A stretch of 64,000 nucleotides of DNA from Bilabrum cf. latius (Eukaryota): NCBI GenBank assembly GCA_965178125.1, contig OZ237767.1:186001-250000 (forward strand), in the 5' to 3' direction. The notes under the pieces are model-generated. The model made no database searches. It was not told the origin of the DNA and was given only the letters and a program-made list of their open reading frames with translations. Both the position numbers and the translations under genes were made by a program. Positions 12,701 through 26,849 of the stretch are shown piece by piece (position 1 is the stretch's first letter; each line of letters starts with the position of its first letter).

Positions 12701-15700
12701 CGGCACGTTCATGCCGCGGTCGTCCTCGATTGCCGTGTCCGAGGCCAGCCTGATGCGGATGGTCTCTACTCCCGTCGCTCGGTTCTCGAACGTTGGCGTG
12801 ATGACGTACACGGATGACGCTCCTGTTTTGCCACCTTGCTGCGCGGATACCTCCACCGACTCGAGCACGGCGGCAGGCTCGGTCTTTCCCCCTGGGCCGA
12901 ACGCCGCGCTTGCCACCAGGTCGATACTGAACGCCGCACCGTCCACTGCCTCTCCGTTTGAGCGGGATACAGGCCGGCTGAATGTCGCGGTGATGGTGTT
13001 GTCCTCCGAGATCGCAAATTGCACAGTAGATGTGGCTGGCACCTGCAGCACAACAGGCGCGGGCAGCGGAACCACTTCGGCGCCGCGCGCGTCGTAGAGG
13101 GGAGCCAGCGCCCCTGTGAGGCTAGCCGCGATGGTGTCGCCCTTCTAGATCTGACCCGAGTACGTCAGCTAGACCCTGCGCTGAGTCGGCGAAACCACCA
13201 CCAGCTGCTGTCCGGATACGCGGCCCGTCTTGCTGGTTAGCGCCACTTGGTACGCCTCTAGCTCGGGACCAGCCCCCTTGATCCTGGAAGCAGAGGCGCT
13301 CAGGGTGAAAAGCACGTCACCGGATGCCTCCATTTCGATCGACTCGAGCACAGGTGGGGCGATGAGAGTGCCGTTGAACGGTGCAGCTAAGGGACGGACT
13401 GCCAGGCCGGCCGCCGTGCCGATGCAGTTGGCCTTTACGTTTGCTGTCACTTGCTCGACTCCAGTCGGCAGCTGGCTGTCGCTGAAGCTTAGCCTGACGA
13501 CGTAGTTAGACGAGTCGAGCACGCTGTTGCTCACGAGCTTGGTCACCTGGCCCGACTCCGCAGCACCCCCGGCAACGCTCACCTCGAAGCAGTCGTCGCC
13601 GGGCTGCTGACCCCCCGGTATGCCGTACATTGCACCACTGAAGTCGTACAATACCTCGTTGTTGACCGTGAGAGACACCTGTACAGTCGGCTGCCTGCCC
13701 AGGCTTGTGAAGTCCTGCTGTGGGAGCACCGCGATGCCGTTCTCGTCCTCGACTGCGCCGGCCTTCATGCCGATCGTTACCTGCTCCTGTCCCGTTGCGC
13801 TCGCGCCCAGCTGCAAGACAATACGATACACCGAGTCGGACTGCTTGGTGACTACGATGGCTTCCAATGACACGTCCCCGCTTAGGCTGATATCGAAATC
13901 ATCTGCCACCAGCGTGGTCGAGGCAGATGAGCCGCCCGCCGCTGGCCGGCGCCGCACAGGTGCAGAAAACGTCGCTTGAATGCTGTTGTCACCCTGCGTC
14001 TCAAATTCCACGCGTACGGATGGGGTGAGATCCAGCTGCAGCGACTGGCTCTTTGCTGGCACACCAACGCCCCTGGCGTCAGAGATCGTACCCTCGACTA
14101 CGTTGACGAACAGCTGGTCTCCTTGCGCCACCATTGCAGTCAGCGCGGGCGTGACGGCCCACTGTGTTCCCTGCGATCCAGGGACCTCCTCCACGGAGAA
14201 ATGGACGGGAAGCGCTCCGTTGGCCCCACTCGCCGATACTAGGAAGGCTGTGTTGTCGAGATCTTCGCCTCCGCGGATAGAAACGGCGCTGTCGAAGGTG
14301 GCAGTGACGACCCGCGCTGCATCGATGCTGAACGAAACGCCAGTGACAACGTACAGGTTCTAACGGAACGGCGTGGGCAAGGTAGCAGCTTCCAGCGATG
14401 TGGCTTTGGACACCGCGTTGCTGTTCAGCGCCAAGTTGGCGGCCACCACCTCGTCCCCGTCGATGTTTCCGTTCAATTCCAGCACGAGCGTGTACTCCCT
14501 TCCGCCTTCGAAACCGCCGTCTCCGTCAGATACCTCCACGGAGAAATCACTGAGCGTGGCTGTGCCTCCAGACACGGATACGTTGAAGTCTGCCTTGGTG
14601 AGCGCACTGCTAGTCATCTCGTCTATGACCGTCTCCGTGTACCGCAGCACGATCTCATTCCTGAGGTTGAGTGACACCTCGAGCTGGGGCTGGGCCCGCA
14701 TCTGCAGCTGCAGGGGCTCTCTGTCCGGCGTGACTCCGAGCCCGTCGTTGTTCTCGAGTGCGCCATCCGCAATATTGACGACGTAGTACTCGTTTCCCGT
14801 GGCGAAGCCCTGCAGGTCCGGCACCAGGTTTACCCTGTTGAGCGAGGCAGAGAGGTGCTCGACCTCGAAGGGAGGATTCGTGATCAAGAGAGAACCTTCC
14901 GTGATGTTGTGGATCTCCAGCGTGAAGTCGGCGGGAGCCAAGGCCCGGCCGGCGGTAGAACGAACCGAATCTGTGAAGGAAAGCCTGACCTCGTTGTGGC
15001 CGATCACGCTGCCACTGAAGGTCACCTCGCCGTTGAGGACGGGGTCCTGCCTCAGGGGCTCTTGCGGCACATGCACCATCCTGGTGTCCCACACCGTCAT
15101 GTCGGTGACTCGGACCACGAGAATATACTGGGATGTAATTCGCATGTCTGCCGTAAACGACAAGCTCCAGAGCGAACCTTCTTCCGTGTTCTCTCCTGAT
15201 AGCACCGCGACCTGCACATCAGTGACGTTGAACATGTCACTGCTCACCTGGTCTTGGATCTGTACAAAGAAGTTTTCCGCCGTCAGAGGGCCACCATCGG
15301 ATTCGATGCTCCGGACCTTGCGCGTGAATTGCACACGAGCGCTGTTGTCCGGCTGAACCTCTACCGCGAACCGGGTGGGTGCGTACATCCGGGCCTACTT
15401 TGGTTCGGCCGGGGGAACCACGAGCGAGTCGTCGGACACGAGGTACGTAGTGTCCGCCAGCAGAGTAATCATCACTGTTTCCGACCCGTTTGCGTAGCCG
15501 TTGAACGGGATGTCCAGCATGTACACTCCGTCACCCTCGTGTGTCACGATGACTGGGTCTGCGCCCTCTCCCGCTGCAACAGTCAGTGTTCCACCCGTGA
15601 TGCTCACCCGGATTGAATCGCCTGTCAGGGTGCTGGCATTCACAGAATACACAGGTGCAGGGAACTGCAGTCGCACGCTGTTGTCGTTCGCCACCTCAAT

Positions 15701-18700
15701 CGAAAAGACGTCCTCTGCCTCGATATTTAGCTCATAGGCCGCTTCTGGCACGTACACGAAGAACCCGAGAGAGTCCACGATTGCGGCATCGTTCAGAATC
15801 AAGGAAAAAACCTCGTTTCCGTCTGGGATGCCTACGAATCGAGGTGTGATGATGTACGCGGCTTCAGCATCCTCGTCTGTCGACACAAGCTCAACGGAAA
15901 TGTCCCTAAGCGTGGCCTGACCCCCCGCTAGCGTCCCTGTGAACTCACTCGGTGAGAGCACGGAGTAATTCAAATTCCTCACATGCCTGGAGAAAGTGAC
16001 CCTCACCGCTTTGAGGTCCTAGGTGGTTGCGAACTGCACCGTGGCGGGTGCGTTCAAAGTGGCGGTGGCGGCGCTAGGGAGTGGTGGGACTACCTCCCCC
16101 GCAGGGTCAGCCGCGGCATTCTCTTTCAGGTTGACGGAAATCTGCTCTGTGCCATCCAGCTTGGTATCGCCGAAATTCAGCTTTAGGGTCCAGCGCGTGT
16201 TGGGCTGCGCATCCTTGTCAGTCGAGGGTGTGGCTACCACCGAGTCGAGCACGGCTGTGCCGCCCGACACTTCGACCTCGAAGCTATCCCCACTGAGCTC
16301 ACCAGAACTATCACCGACCGGAGTGACGGGGGCGCTGAATACCACATGCACGTCGTTGTTCTCCAGCACCAAGATCGTGAACGAGGTGGGTGCATCCAGC
16401 GGGATCTCGGTCGCCTCTTGCAGCGGCTCAATGTACCCGCCCACTGGGTCCTCTACCGATTCCTCTGCGATATGTACCGAAATGATTTCAGTGCCCACCA
16501 CGGCAGATGCGTATTCGATGGAAACCTCCCACATGTCTGCAGTCCCCGGCGCCCCCACTCGCGGGTTGTGAGCCATCGATGCATTGACCGTGGATCCAGC
16601 GATGGAGTTCGACGTGGTGTTAGTCAGGTCCAGCTGCAGGTCGCTTGCCTCGAGCATGACGGGCCTCGTAAAGTTCATGAGCACCTTGTTCCCAGGAAGC
16701 AACGATGCAACGAGCTTGGTGGGTTTAGGGAAGGTGACATCGACATCTTCGATTGCAGCCGGCACCTGGGCCCCCGTGGAGTCCTGCAGAGCCCCCTGCT
16801 GCACGTTAAACTGAATCAACTCGGAGCCCGTGCGGCTTCCACTCGTCACACTCGCAGAGACAAGGAAGGCGTCTCCCGCCGCGAGGCTGCCGGCACCACC
16901 CGGCGCTACAGAGATCTGGAACTCGAACGCGGCATCCGACCCACTCTGCTCCACAGTCGCTATGAAATCGCTCCAGCTAATGTCGGTCCCAGCTGCGATT
17001 GCGCTCGACACATTGCGATTGAACCGCACGATAAATTGCATCGAGTCGGGGACCGGAACCACGGTAAAGGCAGTGGTAGGTGCTAGGTCTAGCTCGGCTG
17101 CAGCAGTCAGGGCGCGAACCGGGCGGCCCACGCCATCGGTCACAGACGCCAGGACGAGGTTGACCTTCACGGTGTCGGCCTCCAGGATGATGCCGCTGAT
17201 GTCCAGTGCGATCTCGTAGGTGCGGCCCGATGAAATCGTTGTGATCTGCCGGTCAACCAGCGCAGCTGTGCTTCCCGACACGATCTCAACGGACATATCC
17301 CGTGCCCCCACCGTCGAGTCGTCCACGTCGCCGCTGAACGTCATCGTCACCACGTTAGCGTCGTCGATGCTGAACTGAGGCACCACGTCGGCCTTGAGCT
17401 GGGCGTGGATGGGTTGTGGCAGAGGCCGCAGCGGAATGTAGTCCGCTCCGGTGATTGTGCCCGGCGCGATGTTCAAGGTCACGTTCTCCCGTCCACTGGC
17501 CGCCGTCTGCGTCAGCACAGACACGAGGTACACTTTGCTGTTCTGGGGGTCCTGCGTCACGCTGATCCCGGTGATGTTGGCAGGCTGCACGAGCTCCTCG
17601 CCCGTGGCAGGCGCGTGACCCAGCTGCTCGTGCACGAAGGACGCAGCGGAGAGAGAGCCGCCGCTCTCGCTGACGTCATCCGTGAATTCGACTCGGAACC
17701 GATTCCGCTCGTCGAGCGCTGCTGTGAACCCGACCCGAGCCACGGTGGTTCCTTCCGCAGGTTCAGCCATCGCGGCCACAGGCACGCCTGACGTCGCAGA
17801 CATGGCTCCGGGCAGGATGTTTGCTGTGAACGCAACGGAGCCATCGGTGTCGTACACGGCCGGATCGATCGATACCACGTACGTGTTTGACTGCTGCTGG
17901 TCCCTTGTCACGATGACGTTGACCTCAGCATCCTTCCCGTTGGATGTGTCGGTGGCTGTGACGTTGAAGTGGGTCGCGTTGGGCTGCAGAGCACCCCCCG
18001 ACGGCTGTACCGTCCCTGTGAAGGCGAACGAGACCGAGTTTCCGCTGATCTGCGCGCTCTCTATGCCGATTTCTGCTTTGAGCACGCCTGCATTGATGCT
18101 CGAGGCCTAGGCAAGGACCGGGTCGCCTCCGCTCTGACTCACTATGACGTCATCTCCTGCCAGGTTGACCTGCACTGACTCGCTGCCGGAGGGAAGAGAC
18201 CCCGTGCCGAGGTCAATCCTGAAATAGAACGTCTTCGATTCCAAAGAGCTAACCAGCGAGGCAGATGCCGACGTGAAGCCGGGAACGGTGATGGTGAAAT
18301 CGGAGGTAGTCGCCTCTGCCTCCCCTCCCCCGGCCTGGATCACGGCTTCGGAAAACTCCACCTTCACGCGATTGTCGAACTCGACCGATGCAGTGAATGT
18401 GACGGGCACTGGTAGATCCAATGAGACTGCCTTGGAAGGCGCTCGCACGAAGCTGCCGTCCGAGACCGCCTTGATTGCAGTGTCTGACGGCAGCGTGAGA
18501 GAATAGGTCTGCGACTGCGAGTTGGACGCAGTTCCGGTTAGGCTGGGCGTGAGGATCCACTCGGCAGCGCTGGATCCTTGCGCGACCGAGAAGGAGTCCA
18601 GCGTTGCAGGCCCCGATGAGAGCGAGAGCGAGAAGCTCGTCACACCTAGGTCTCCGCCTGCCGCCGCCTCGACGGCTTCCGTGAACGTGACCTTGATCGA

Positions 18701-19261
18701 ACCATCGCTCTGTACATCCGCGCTCATGGATGCACTCGAGTACTCGATGTCTTCTTCTAGCACCAGATCAGTCGTTGGGAAATGGGAGCTGGATGAGGCA
18801 GCGAGGATGGTCCGGATTGTGATGGTGCCCTTTCCCGGAGTGGTTGGCGCATCCCACTCCAGAGCGACAGGATAAGACAGGCCGGAAAGCGAGCTTCGGT
18901 GCGTTACTGAACCATCACATCCCATTTTCTGCTGCATCTTCGTCTCGTCGGTCGGAGACACCTGGCCCACGTCACTGACGGCCGTTGAGCCCTGCGAGTT
19001 TCTGGCCCAAGCGAGCAAGCCCTTGAAATCAGCAGAACCGGAGGCCCTGTCGATACACACGTAGTATGAACTACCAGATTCATACTTTGTGACTCCTTGC
19101 GAACACTGCTGGTCGGAGGCAAGTGTCACGGTCCAGGTTGCTCCCGATGCCTACGTGGCTTTCCTGCTCGGCACAGACGAGTAGGTGCACGAGGGTGCGC
19201 CAGACGATCGGGCATGAGTGTGAGCGACAAGCCAGGCTACTAGAGATACCACCCGGAGCAT
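9767..19261 (-). CDS. Giant secreted/membrane ferric-chelate-reductase-like protein: signal peptide, Reeler, ~20 Ig-like repeats, DOMON, EGF-like, DOMON, cytochrome b561; ~3164 aa
   Basis: One frame from ATG 19261 (MLRVVSLVAWLVAHTHARSSGAPSC) to TAA 9767-9769, with in-frame TAG at 19151, 18107, 16019, 15395, 14360, 13169, 13145, 11978, 11909 and 9887. Reeler-like FKGLLAWAR..VTH..LEWDAP. About 100-aa beta repeats (xxVxFxxxV..LxxxDF). DOMON Met/His motifs (GKGMIGTHA..AYHGANRG). b561 histidines (VHGVLMGVSWG, FQLHR, YTHGVMG, WEVLHKSIG). Confidence 0.85.
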
Positions 19262-19948
19262 GGTTCGCCCGATTCCTGCGAAATGAACAAAAAGCAGGTT
19301 CGGCTTAATGATGTCATGACGACGGACTCGCCACGCGGCAGGGCATTGCAGCCAGATTGAAGTATGAGAACAGGTGCCTTACCAGATTGTTTCAAGAGGA
19401 TATGTATTGGTTGTTCTTGGGAACCGAACCAGACACGAGTCGGTTGCTGGGCACGTCTGCGAGAGCTCACATCCTGCACAGAGGCATCTGGTATACACAT
19501 GGATTGCGTGTACATATGGCGTCAACTGAAACTGCGTGGATATCTAAGCCAATTGCAGATAGATGGCCATGCAAGCATGTCTACTTGATTTAAACAATAT
19601 TTTGGACCTGATCTGTGGAAGGTAGTGTCAATGAAGTCTCTTATGGAGCACTATCACGGAAAATCGATATGGTTCACTAGTGGTGCACACGAATTCCATG
19701 GACACATCGAGCGTTGCCTACTTACTAGCCGCGAGCTACTCGGCAATGTAGTATTTATGCAATTGCTTCTGCGGAATTGGCTTTTGGTGTGTGGATAACC
19801 TGGTGGAGGCCATCGGAGCAAGTGCCTTGTCATAGTTTCATTTCTGAAAGTGCTCGCCCACCGTGCTGGTCGCAATCGGTTTGCCTCACACCGCTCGGCG
19901 TACACACAAAAATACCAGTACCAGCAACTAAGAGGAGCTGCTTGTAGT

Positions 19949-22900
19949 ATGGCAGCTTCTGGTGGCAGAGGTGGCACATCGCAACTAGTGCGTAGAAAGC
20001 AGCAACAGGCGCCGCAGCGGCAGCAAACAAGTGTGTCGCAGAGCAAAGCAATGCAGCAACTCCGTTCGGCTTTGAAGCTCCAGTCGAACCGAAAATTCGT
20101 CTTACGCAATGCGTACGAGTTTATGAACAATATTGCTGACAAGGTTCAGTACATCAAGAGGCGCTGCGAGCGGGCGAGCGTTGCATCAAACGAACTTTTG
20201 GAAACAAGCAAGGCATGCGCAAAACAACTGAAGCTGTCTCGTGATTCCATCGAATCGCATAATCAGATGCTTCTGACCGAGTTTTCGGATGCTGCAGAGG
20301 TGCTCGAAGATGTTGTGGGTGTCTCACGTGGAGCCGTACTTTCGGCAGAGGCGGCCATCGAAGACATCAATACCAAGGCATGGACGACCATTCGCAGTTA
20401 GAAGCTTTTGGACGTTCATGCGATCAGTAGTAGCGCTTTTCAGTCCATGCTTTCCGCCACAGGGCAACCGCACCAAGGAGAAGTGCAGTCAGTTGGCTCG
20501 CCGGAAGCTCAAGCTGCCAACATATCAGGATCAGCTACGTTCGTTCGAGCTGCAACTGACTCAGCCCAGTCCGTGTTGAAGGCTGCCAGCAGGTTGGCTG
20601 CGCTGGCAAGTGCTCATAAGGGCGACCAAGACGACACCGTACTGTCCAGGGCCCATCAGGCCGTCGCAGCACTGAAGGCCAAGGCAGCCGAGCTGACGCA
20701 GCGACACGGCAAGACCATCACGTGGCAGGACATCATCACGATCAGAGCAAACTAGCTGAGCCAGGCGGCAACGCACACCATTCAGAACAGCCGCGACGGA
20801 CGGGCTCCTAGCGCCCTGGTGGGTGCACTCAGCAAGGAGAAGCAGAGGCTGCTGGAGAGTGAGGAGGCAGTCAGACGGCTGCAGGCAAAGCTCGGCAAGC
20901 TGACGGAGGCTGCTGCTCGGACTGGTGCCGCTGCGCATGCCACCCGGCTCCGCCTCAAGAAAAACGCGGAGCTCGCAGCTAAGGCACTGCAGTCCATGGC
21001 AGCGGGCCTGCTGGCTGACCCCTCCCAGGCCGTCGCTGTGGTTGCCTCCTCTGTTGCTCACGCAGCCGGTGCTTCCGCTGAATCTGGATCCAAGGCATCA
21101 GGGGCATCCAATGCTGCTGCAGGACCTGTTGAGCTCGCAGCAGGAGCTGCCAGTCTGCTCCAGGAGTATCGTGCAGCGGCAGCGGCTTCCACCTAGCGCG
21201 TCGTACGGTGGCACAGGGAGCTTGTGAGCGACACTGACCTGAAGCGTAAAGCTACCGAACGAATCAAGCTGGTAGCTGATCTCCGCAGCATGCAGATGCG
21301 CGATCTACGGGGGAAATGGGTTGCAGCACGGCCCATGCTCTCCGCCGCTGTGCAGGCTGCGTCGTACCAGCTCGCCGCAAGCAAGGCCGTAGCGGACCCT
21401 GGCAGCATTTCAATCGCGCCTGATGGAGGCATTCTCAGCGGTGAGGAGCTGCAGACTGCACTGCATGCCTGTATGCAGTGCCTGGCCGTTCAGTCCGAGC
21501 TGAACGATGCGGTGCGGCTTCAGCAGGAGAGAACGAGCAAGGCGAGGCAGCTCATGCAGCAGTGCGCCGAGGCACTCGGTCAGATCAGCGACAGCCGGAG
21601 CTAGAGGAAGGCAGTCGCGGAGGAGGTGCAAGCACTGCAGAGTCGGGTCGAATCGGGCGCCAGCTATGCAGCGCTGCTAGAAGTTGCGGATCCCGGCTCC
21701 GTCGCATCTCATGACCTTGCCAAGCAATACGACGAGGCAGCCGCACAAGACATAGACGCAGGGCTGGCATCGTTCGCCATCCTGTGCAATCCCAGGGGAC
21801 GGGCCACTTTGGACGAGGAGTGGCTCGCTCGCGCGCTCAAGACGCCGACTCGTAGGGTCGGCATGCGGGCAGCGGCCGCTGGTCATGGTATTGACACTGG
21901 CTTCGCGCTCAAGGACGGCCTCGCCTCAACGTCTTCTCTCTTCATCGCCGTGACAGCCTTTGGGAAGCAGGCATTTGACGCCATGGCATCCGAAGAAACC
22001 CTACCATCGATCGTGCCGTCCGAGCTCAAGGCTGCAGCTGAGACCATGCGCGGCATGACCGCCTCGCTCAAATCTCACGTGAGTTAGATGTCCGCACGTA
22101 GCCTCGACCATCCGACCCGCACATCCTTCTTTTTCTCTGCACATTTCACCGCAAGGCCCATTGATTTCCGCGTTTACTTCGATGTTTGCAGATGCCCGCG
22201 GTGCAGCAAAGGCTCAACGCGAAGAGCAGGCCACTGGCCGCTGACGCAGCAGCTCAGGGTGGAGCCGGAGCCGGCCATGACTCAGGAGGCGCAGGCAGTG
22301 CCCTTGCGGACAAGCCAGAGGACAAGAGTGCTAAGGGTGCACTGTCTAGTGCAGCAGCCGAAGCTGCAGTAAAGAACGACCATCCCAAGCACGAAGTAGA
22401 CGCAGATGCTGCAGTCGACGACTGGCTGTTTGGCGGATCCAAGGGCACGGGCTCGTCATCCAAGTCCAGGGCAGCCGAGATATCCAAGGCAAGCTTCAGC
22501 GCTGACCCTGCAGGGACGAGTAGGAAGGTATTGGCCAAGAAGAAGCGGCAGCATCAGCTGAACTTTGACTTGGACAGCAGCTCGTCCGATGAGGAGGAGG
22601 ACAGCGACGAGGAGGAGCAGGAAGTCGCTGTCGGCAGTGCAGGGACATCCGGCAGGCGGACGACTACCAGAGGGCAAGCACCGAAAGCAAGGGCTGCATC
22701 GTCCGCAAATACGAAGAAGGCGCCATGGGCCCCAGCGGAGCAAGCAAAGATGCAGCGGGGCGGCGATGGAAGCGACAGCGACAGCAGCGACGATGGCTTT
22801 AACCTGTTCAGCGAGGAGGGGACAGGAGACTGGCAGCCAAGCTCGTCTGCCGGCATGACCACGCCGAGCTAGCCGAGCAAGTCCGCATCCTCGTCGTCCA

Positions 22901-23637
22901 GCAAGGCGACCGACCGCACTCCGTCCCTGGATGCAACACCGAAGCTGTCGCCTGCAGGTACCGGCACGCCGGCCAAAGCAGCAGCGGCATCTCGAGGCTC
23001 CCTATCAGCCGGCACGCCTGGTTCCAAGGCGAGATCTAGCGTGGCAGCCATGCAGATCTCCTCCATAGGCAAGGCAGGGGCACGCCGTGGTCGCAAGCGC
23101 CCCGCCACTGCCGGCCTAGAAGACTCATTCTTCGCGGAAGAGGGCGGTCCTGAGCAGGCAGAGGAAGCCAAGGGCAACGCAGGCAAGCCGCAGGGTGGGC
23201 CATCCAGAGGAAAGGGGCCCCATCGCCAAGGGGCAGCGAGCCGCTCCCGAAAGCCATCAAGCGGCAGATCAGGCCGCCAAGGCGTCCAGGTATCGAGAAG
23301 CGCAAAGGTCGTTGCCACTGGCGGGGCAGCGTCTGCCTCGTCTGGCAAGCCCCGTCGGGCAGGTTGGTCCCGGCCAGGATACGGGGCCAAAGCCAGGACC
23401 TCGAGCGGTACCATGGCCAAGGACGCGAGGCTGCCAGCAGGGTCCGGGGCGCTGAGGATGGCAGCCAAGCGACGACGGACAGGAGGGCTCGGGACTGGGG
23501 GCAATGGCGGCGGTCGTGCGGGGAGCAAGAAGGGCAAGGCTTCTGCAGGGGCCGCAATGCAGCAAGATGGCGATTCTGATGAGGGTTTCGGGGGATTGTT
23601 CAGTGATGATGGCTTTGGGGTGGGAGATTCGGACTGA
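19949..23637 (+). CDS. Unknown protein: alpha-helical/coiled-coil N-half, low-complexity acidic/basic C-half; intron 22079-22191
   Basis: Consecutive same-frame ORFs broken only by TAG (20399, 20753, 21194, 21602, 22870). A CAC|GTGAGT..TTTGCAG|ATG intron explains the frame change. Ends TGA 23635-23637. Confidence 0.7.
22079..22191 (+). other. Spliceosomal intron (113 nt)
   Basis: GTGAGT donor, T/C-rich interior, TTTGCAG acceptor. Confidence 0.75.
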
Positions 23638-23728
23638 CTGAGGCTCACCCAGTCCGGTGTGCGACGATCATATTGTGTGACCAGTGGCGCACGGCAGCAC
23701 TTGCAGGGATTGCTCATTCCTTCTTCAC

Positions 23729-26700
23729 ATGTCAGAAAACGGGTCAATTCGATAGCGTTTAGTGACATATTTATTCGATCGGTCCTCAAAACTTTCTGAG
23801 CGTGGTCTCGATCAGGTTGCATTGGCATATAGGCGAGCAGCATTGAGCATTCAAAAAGGAGAGACAAAGGATGGTACTTCCATAAGCGATGCTCTGTTTG
23901 GTTCCAGAGTCAACAAAATTAAAAATGTCGGCTAGAAGTTATCGATAGAGATTGCCAAATGGTTGTAGGAGAACTATGCGCCAGCTGTTCTAGTATCGCC
24001 TTCAGCGGCCATCGCTACTGATTTGGAGGAGCTCAACAAGCCCCCAAGCCGAAAGCGGAGGCGGGCAGAAACCAGTAACAGAAATGGTGGAATGCAAGAA
24101 CGCATTCCTGATTCTGGCGTGCCGGTTCAGGCAGATTCCCCAGCGGGTCTAGCTGGGCTGCTCGCTGCCTCGCATCGGCGAAGCCTTTCAAGTCCTACTT
24201 CGCGATTTGGAACGGGGCTGACAAGCCCAATTGCACGATTTGAGGTCAAACAAGCAGCACAGTAGACGATTTAGGCTGTAAGGCCTCACGCAGACTGGTC
24301 TCCCAGAGCTGGTGGCTTACTGGATACTGGGCGAGCACCTGCACGAACCAAGCCGGCAACCCCTCCCGCAGGCAATTCATCATCTGTGCAGCTGCCTTCC
24401 CGACTTATGGACAAGTTTCATGAGGAGGAAGAAATGATTGATCGGGAGGAAAGGAGGCTGCAATCAGAACGAGATAAGAAGGCTAGGATGGGCTACGAAG
24501 GCACCGCCGAGATGCTCGCTCAAGTTGACGCCGTGAAGATAAGGCACATGAGGCAGGTCCTCGAGGAAAAAATAGCAAAGGCTCGAGCTGCAGCATCTCG
24601 CATATCATCCAGTAGCAGCAATCGCGCAGTGTAGCCAGCCAAAGCCAGGCCGGCTCACGGACAGGCCGCAGCCGCCGGTGGAGCGGCTACCACTGGTGGT
24701 ACCGTGAGACCACGACGCAAGGGGTCATCCACAGTGACAATATCGCAACGGTCTCATGTTCCTGGCAGCAGCGCGCAGCACGGTCGGGCCGGTTCACCAC
24801 GAAGTCTCATCGCGATGGGCGCAGCAAGCTCCGCAAACGGCGCCGCGCAATCCAGTTTCCAGGGGAAGGCAAGACGAGCAGGAGATTCGGTGGCGACTCA
24901 TGGCATGGGGACTCACGCTGCAGTCACGCCCGTCCAGCCCTCAATGGGCTAGTCCCGCACCGGAGCTGCAGCAGGAGCAGGAGCAGGGCAGGGCAGCGGC
25001 ACAGGCGGCAAGCGAGGAGGCAGGAAGCGCAAGAGGCCGGCGACCTTTCAGGAGCTGTACAAGCCCATCATGGACTCTGCACTCGATGCAGCGGACGCTG
25101 TCAGGGCACAGCTCGGCATCGGCAAGCACGTGGGTGCTGGCAACAGACGCAAGGGCAGGATCAAGTACGGCTCGGCAGGGTATGCGATCATGCTGGTGCT
25201 GTACAGAGCTAGGATGGGATGGGGGTCCAATGGCTTCTACAGCGTCCCAGAAGAGTCCCTTCTGAAGCCTCGCATCGTAAAGCTCTCAGGGCAGTTCTAT
25301 CTCAGGCCAGAGAGGCTGGATGAAACGGATCGAGCCGCATCGGGTGCTTAGGCCTGGTACACTGGCTGGTCCACAATGAGCACACTCGTCACAGAGCATG
25401 GGTACGTGGAGTCCTACCAGCAGTCTCGGTAGAAACACTTCCGCTTGACTCCCATTGGGGTCGCTGTGGCCGAGGTGCTGTCGAAGGAGCACCCATTGGT
25501 GCAGCGGCTTCACAGCATGCATGAGGCAGGGGCAGAGCTCCCTAGGTCCATCGACGAGGCTCGGACCGAAGTTGCTGGCAGGTGGACTAGTGACGCGAGA
25601 GACGCTATCGGTACTGGATATAGTGCCAGTGCAGGTACGACGGCTGTTCCCAGCTAGGGCGTTGGCGTAGGTGCAGCTGCGGCGGAGCAGGCAAAGGTTA
25701 ATGCCCAACCGCCCGCATCGTCCTCATCCTCCAGCACGTATGCCGTTGCCGCTCCAGCGCCAGTGCTGGCTGGCATCCCGACGATGTCGAGCGACAATAG
25801 CAGCAGCAGCAGCAGCGATGATGATTCTGGGTCCGATTCGGACCTCGAAATCGTGGCTGCTCATCCTCCTCCCGGGCTGGTGCGCTCGTCGGACCTAGCT
25901 GGTCCATCTGCATTGAATCAGCTCAAAGCCTCATCCGGGAACGGAATCCAGTCCAAGACCGCCGCAGGAGGGCTGCAGAACAGCGTCGACCTGGAAGGAA
26001 GCGAGTCCGATGATTCGGATGACCAAAGCGGCGACGAGGACTCGTCCGACGACTGGGCCATTCCTGGAATCGGTCAAGCGAGCCTAAGTGGAGGCGGTAC
26101 AGTGCCGGCCATGCAGAGTGCAGGACAGCCGGCTGCTGGCTTGGCTGGTGCAAAGGGCGTCGGCTTGGCCGCATAGTAGGCTGCTGTTTCGCAGAATGAC
26201 TCTCACGGTGGCATTGGGGCAGGACGTGCCGAAGGATTGGGATAGCTGGCGAGGCGTGCAGCAGCAGGTGGACACGGGGCTGCAATCGGGCCATAGGGAG
26301 TCAACGATACCGTTGAATCATTCCGCTCTCAGCCCACTGGTTCTCCGCCCGTTGCAGAGCATCGCATGTAGAAGAGGCTGAAGTCAGCTGCTCATGGGGA
26401 CGATGATGATCATGAGGACGAGGACAAAAAAGAGGCTGTGGTACGGGTGATCGACCTCTCCAGTGACTCTGAAGGCGATAATGAAGCAAATACAGGACAT
26501 CAAGGAGCCATTGCAGCGAGACATGGATCCAAAGCAGGGGCGATGACTCTGCTGCAGCTAGCTGCACTCAAGAGGACGGAAGCCGCCTCTCGTGGGCCAA
26601 TGGTGTCGAATGCATGGGCCATCAGCAGCACAACCACCGGAATGCACGCCAGGATTGCGCAACTGAAATTGGATGCTGACTAGTCCTTGCCCGGGCCTGT

Positions 26701-26815
26701 TTCCTTAGCTGGATCTTCGAATCATGCATGGCAGCACATTTGGTTTGCTGCGCCACTCGGTCCGTGCCCTGTGCAGCACGCACAAACAGGAGGTGCATCT
26801 CAGGCTGTCGAGACC

Positions 26816-26849
<34 letters not shown>

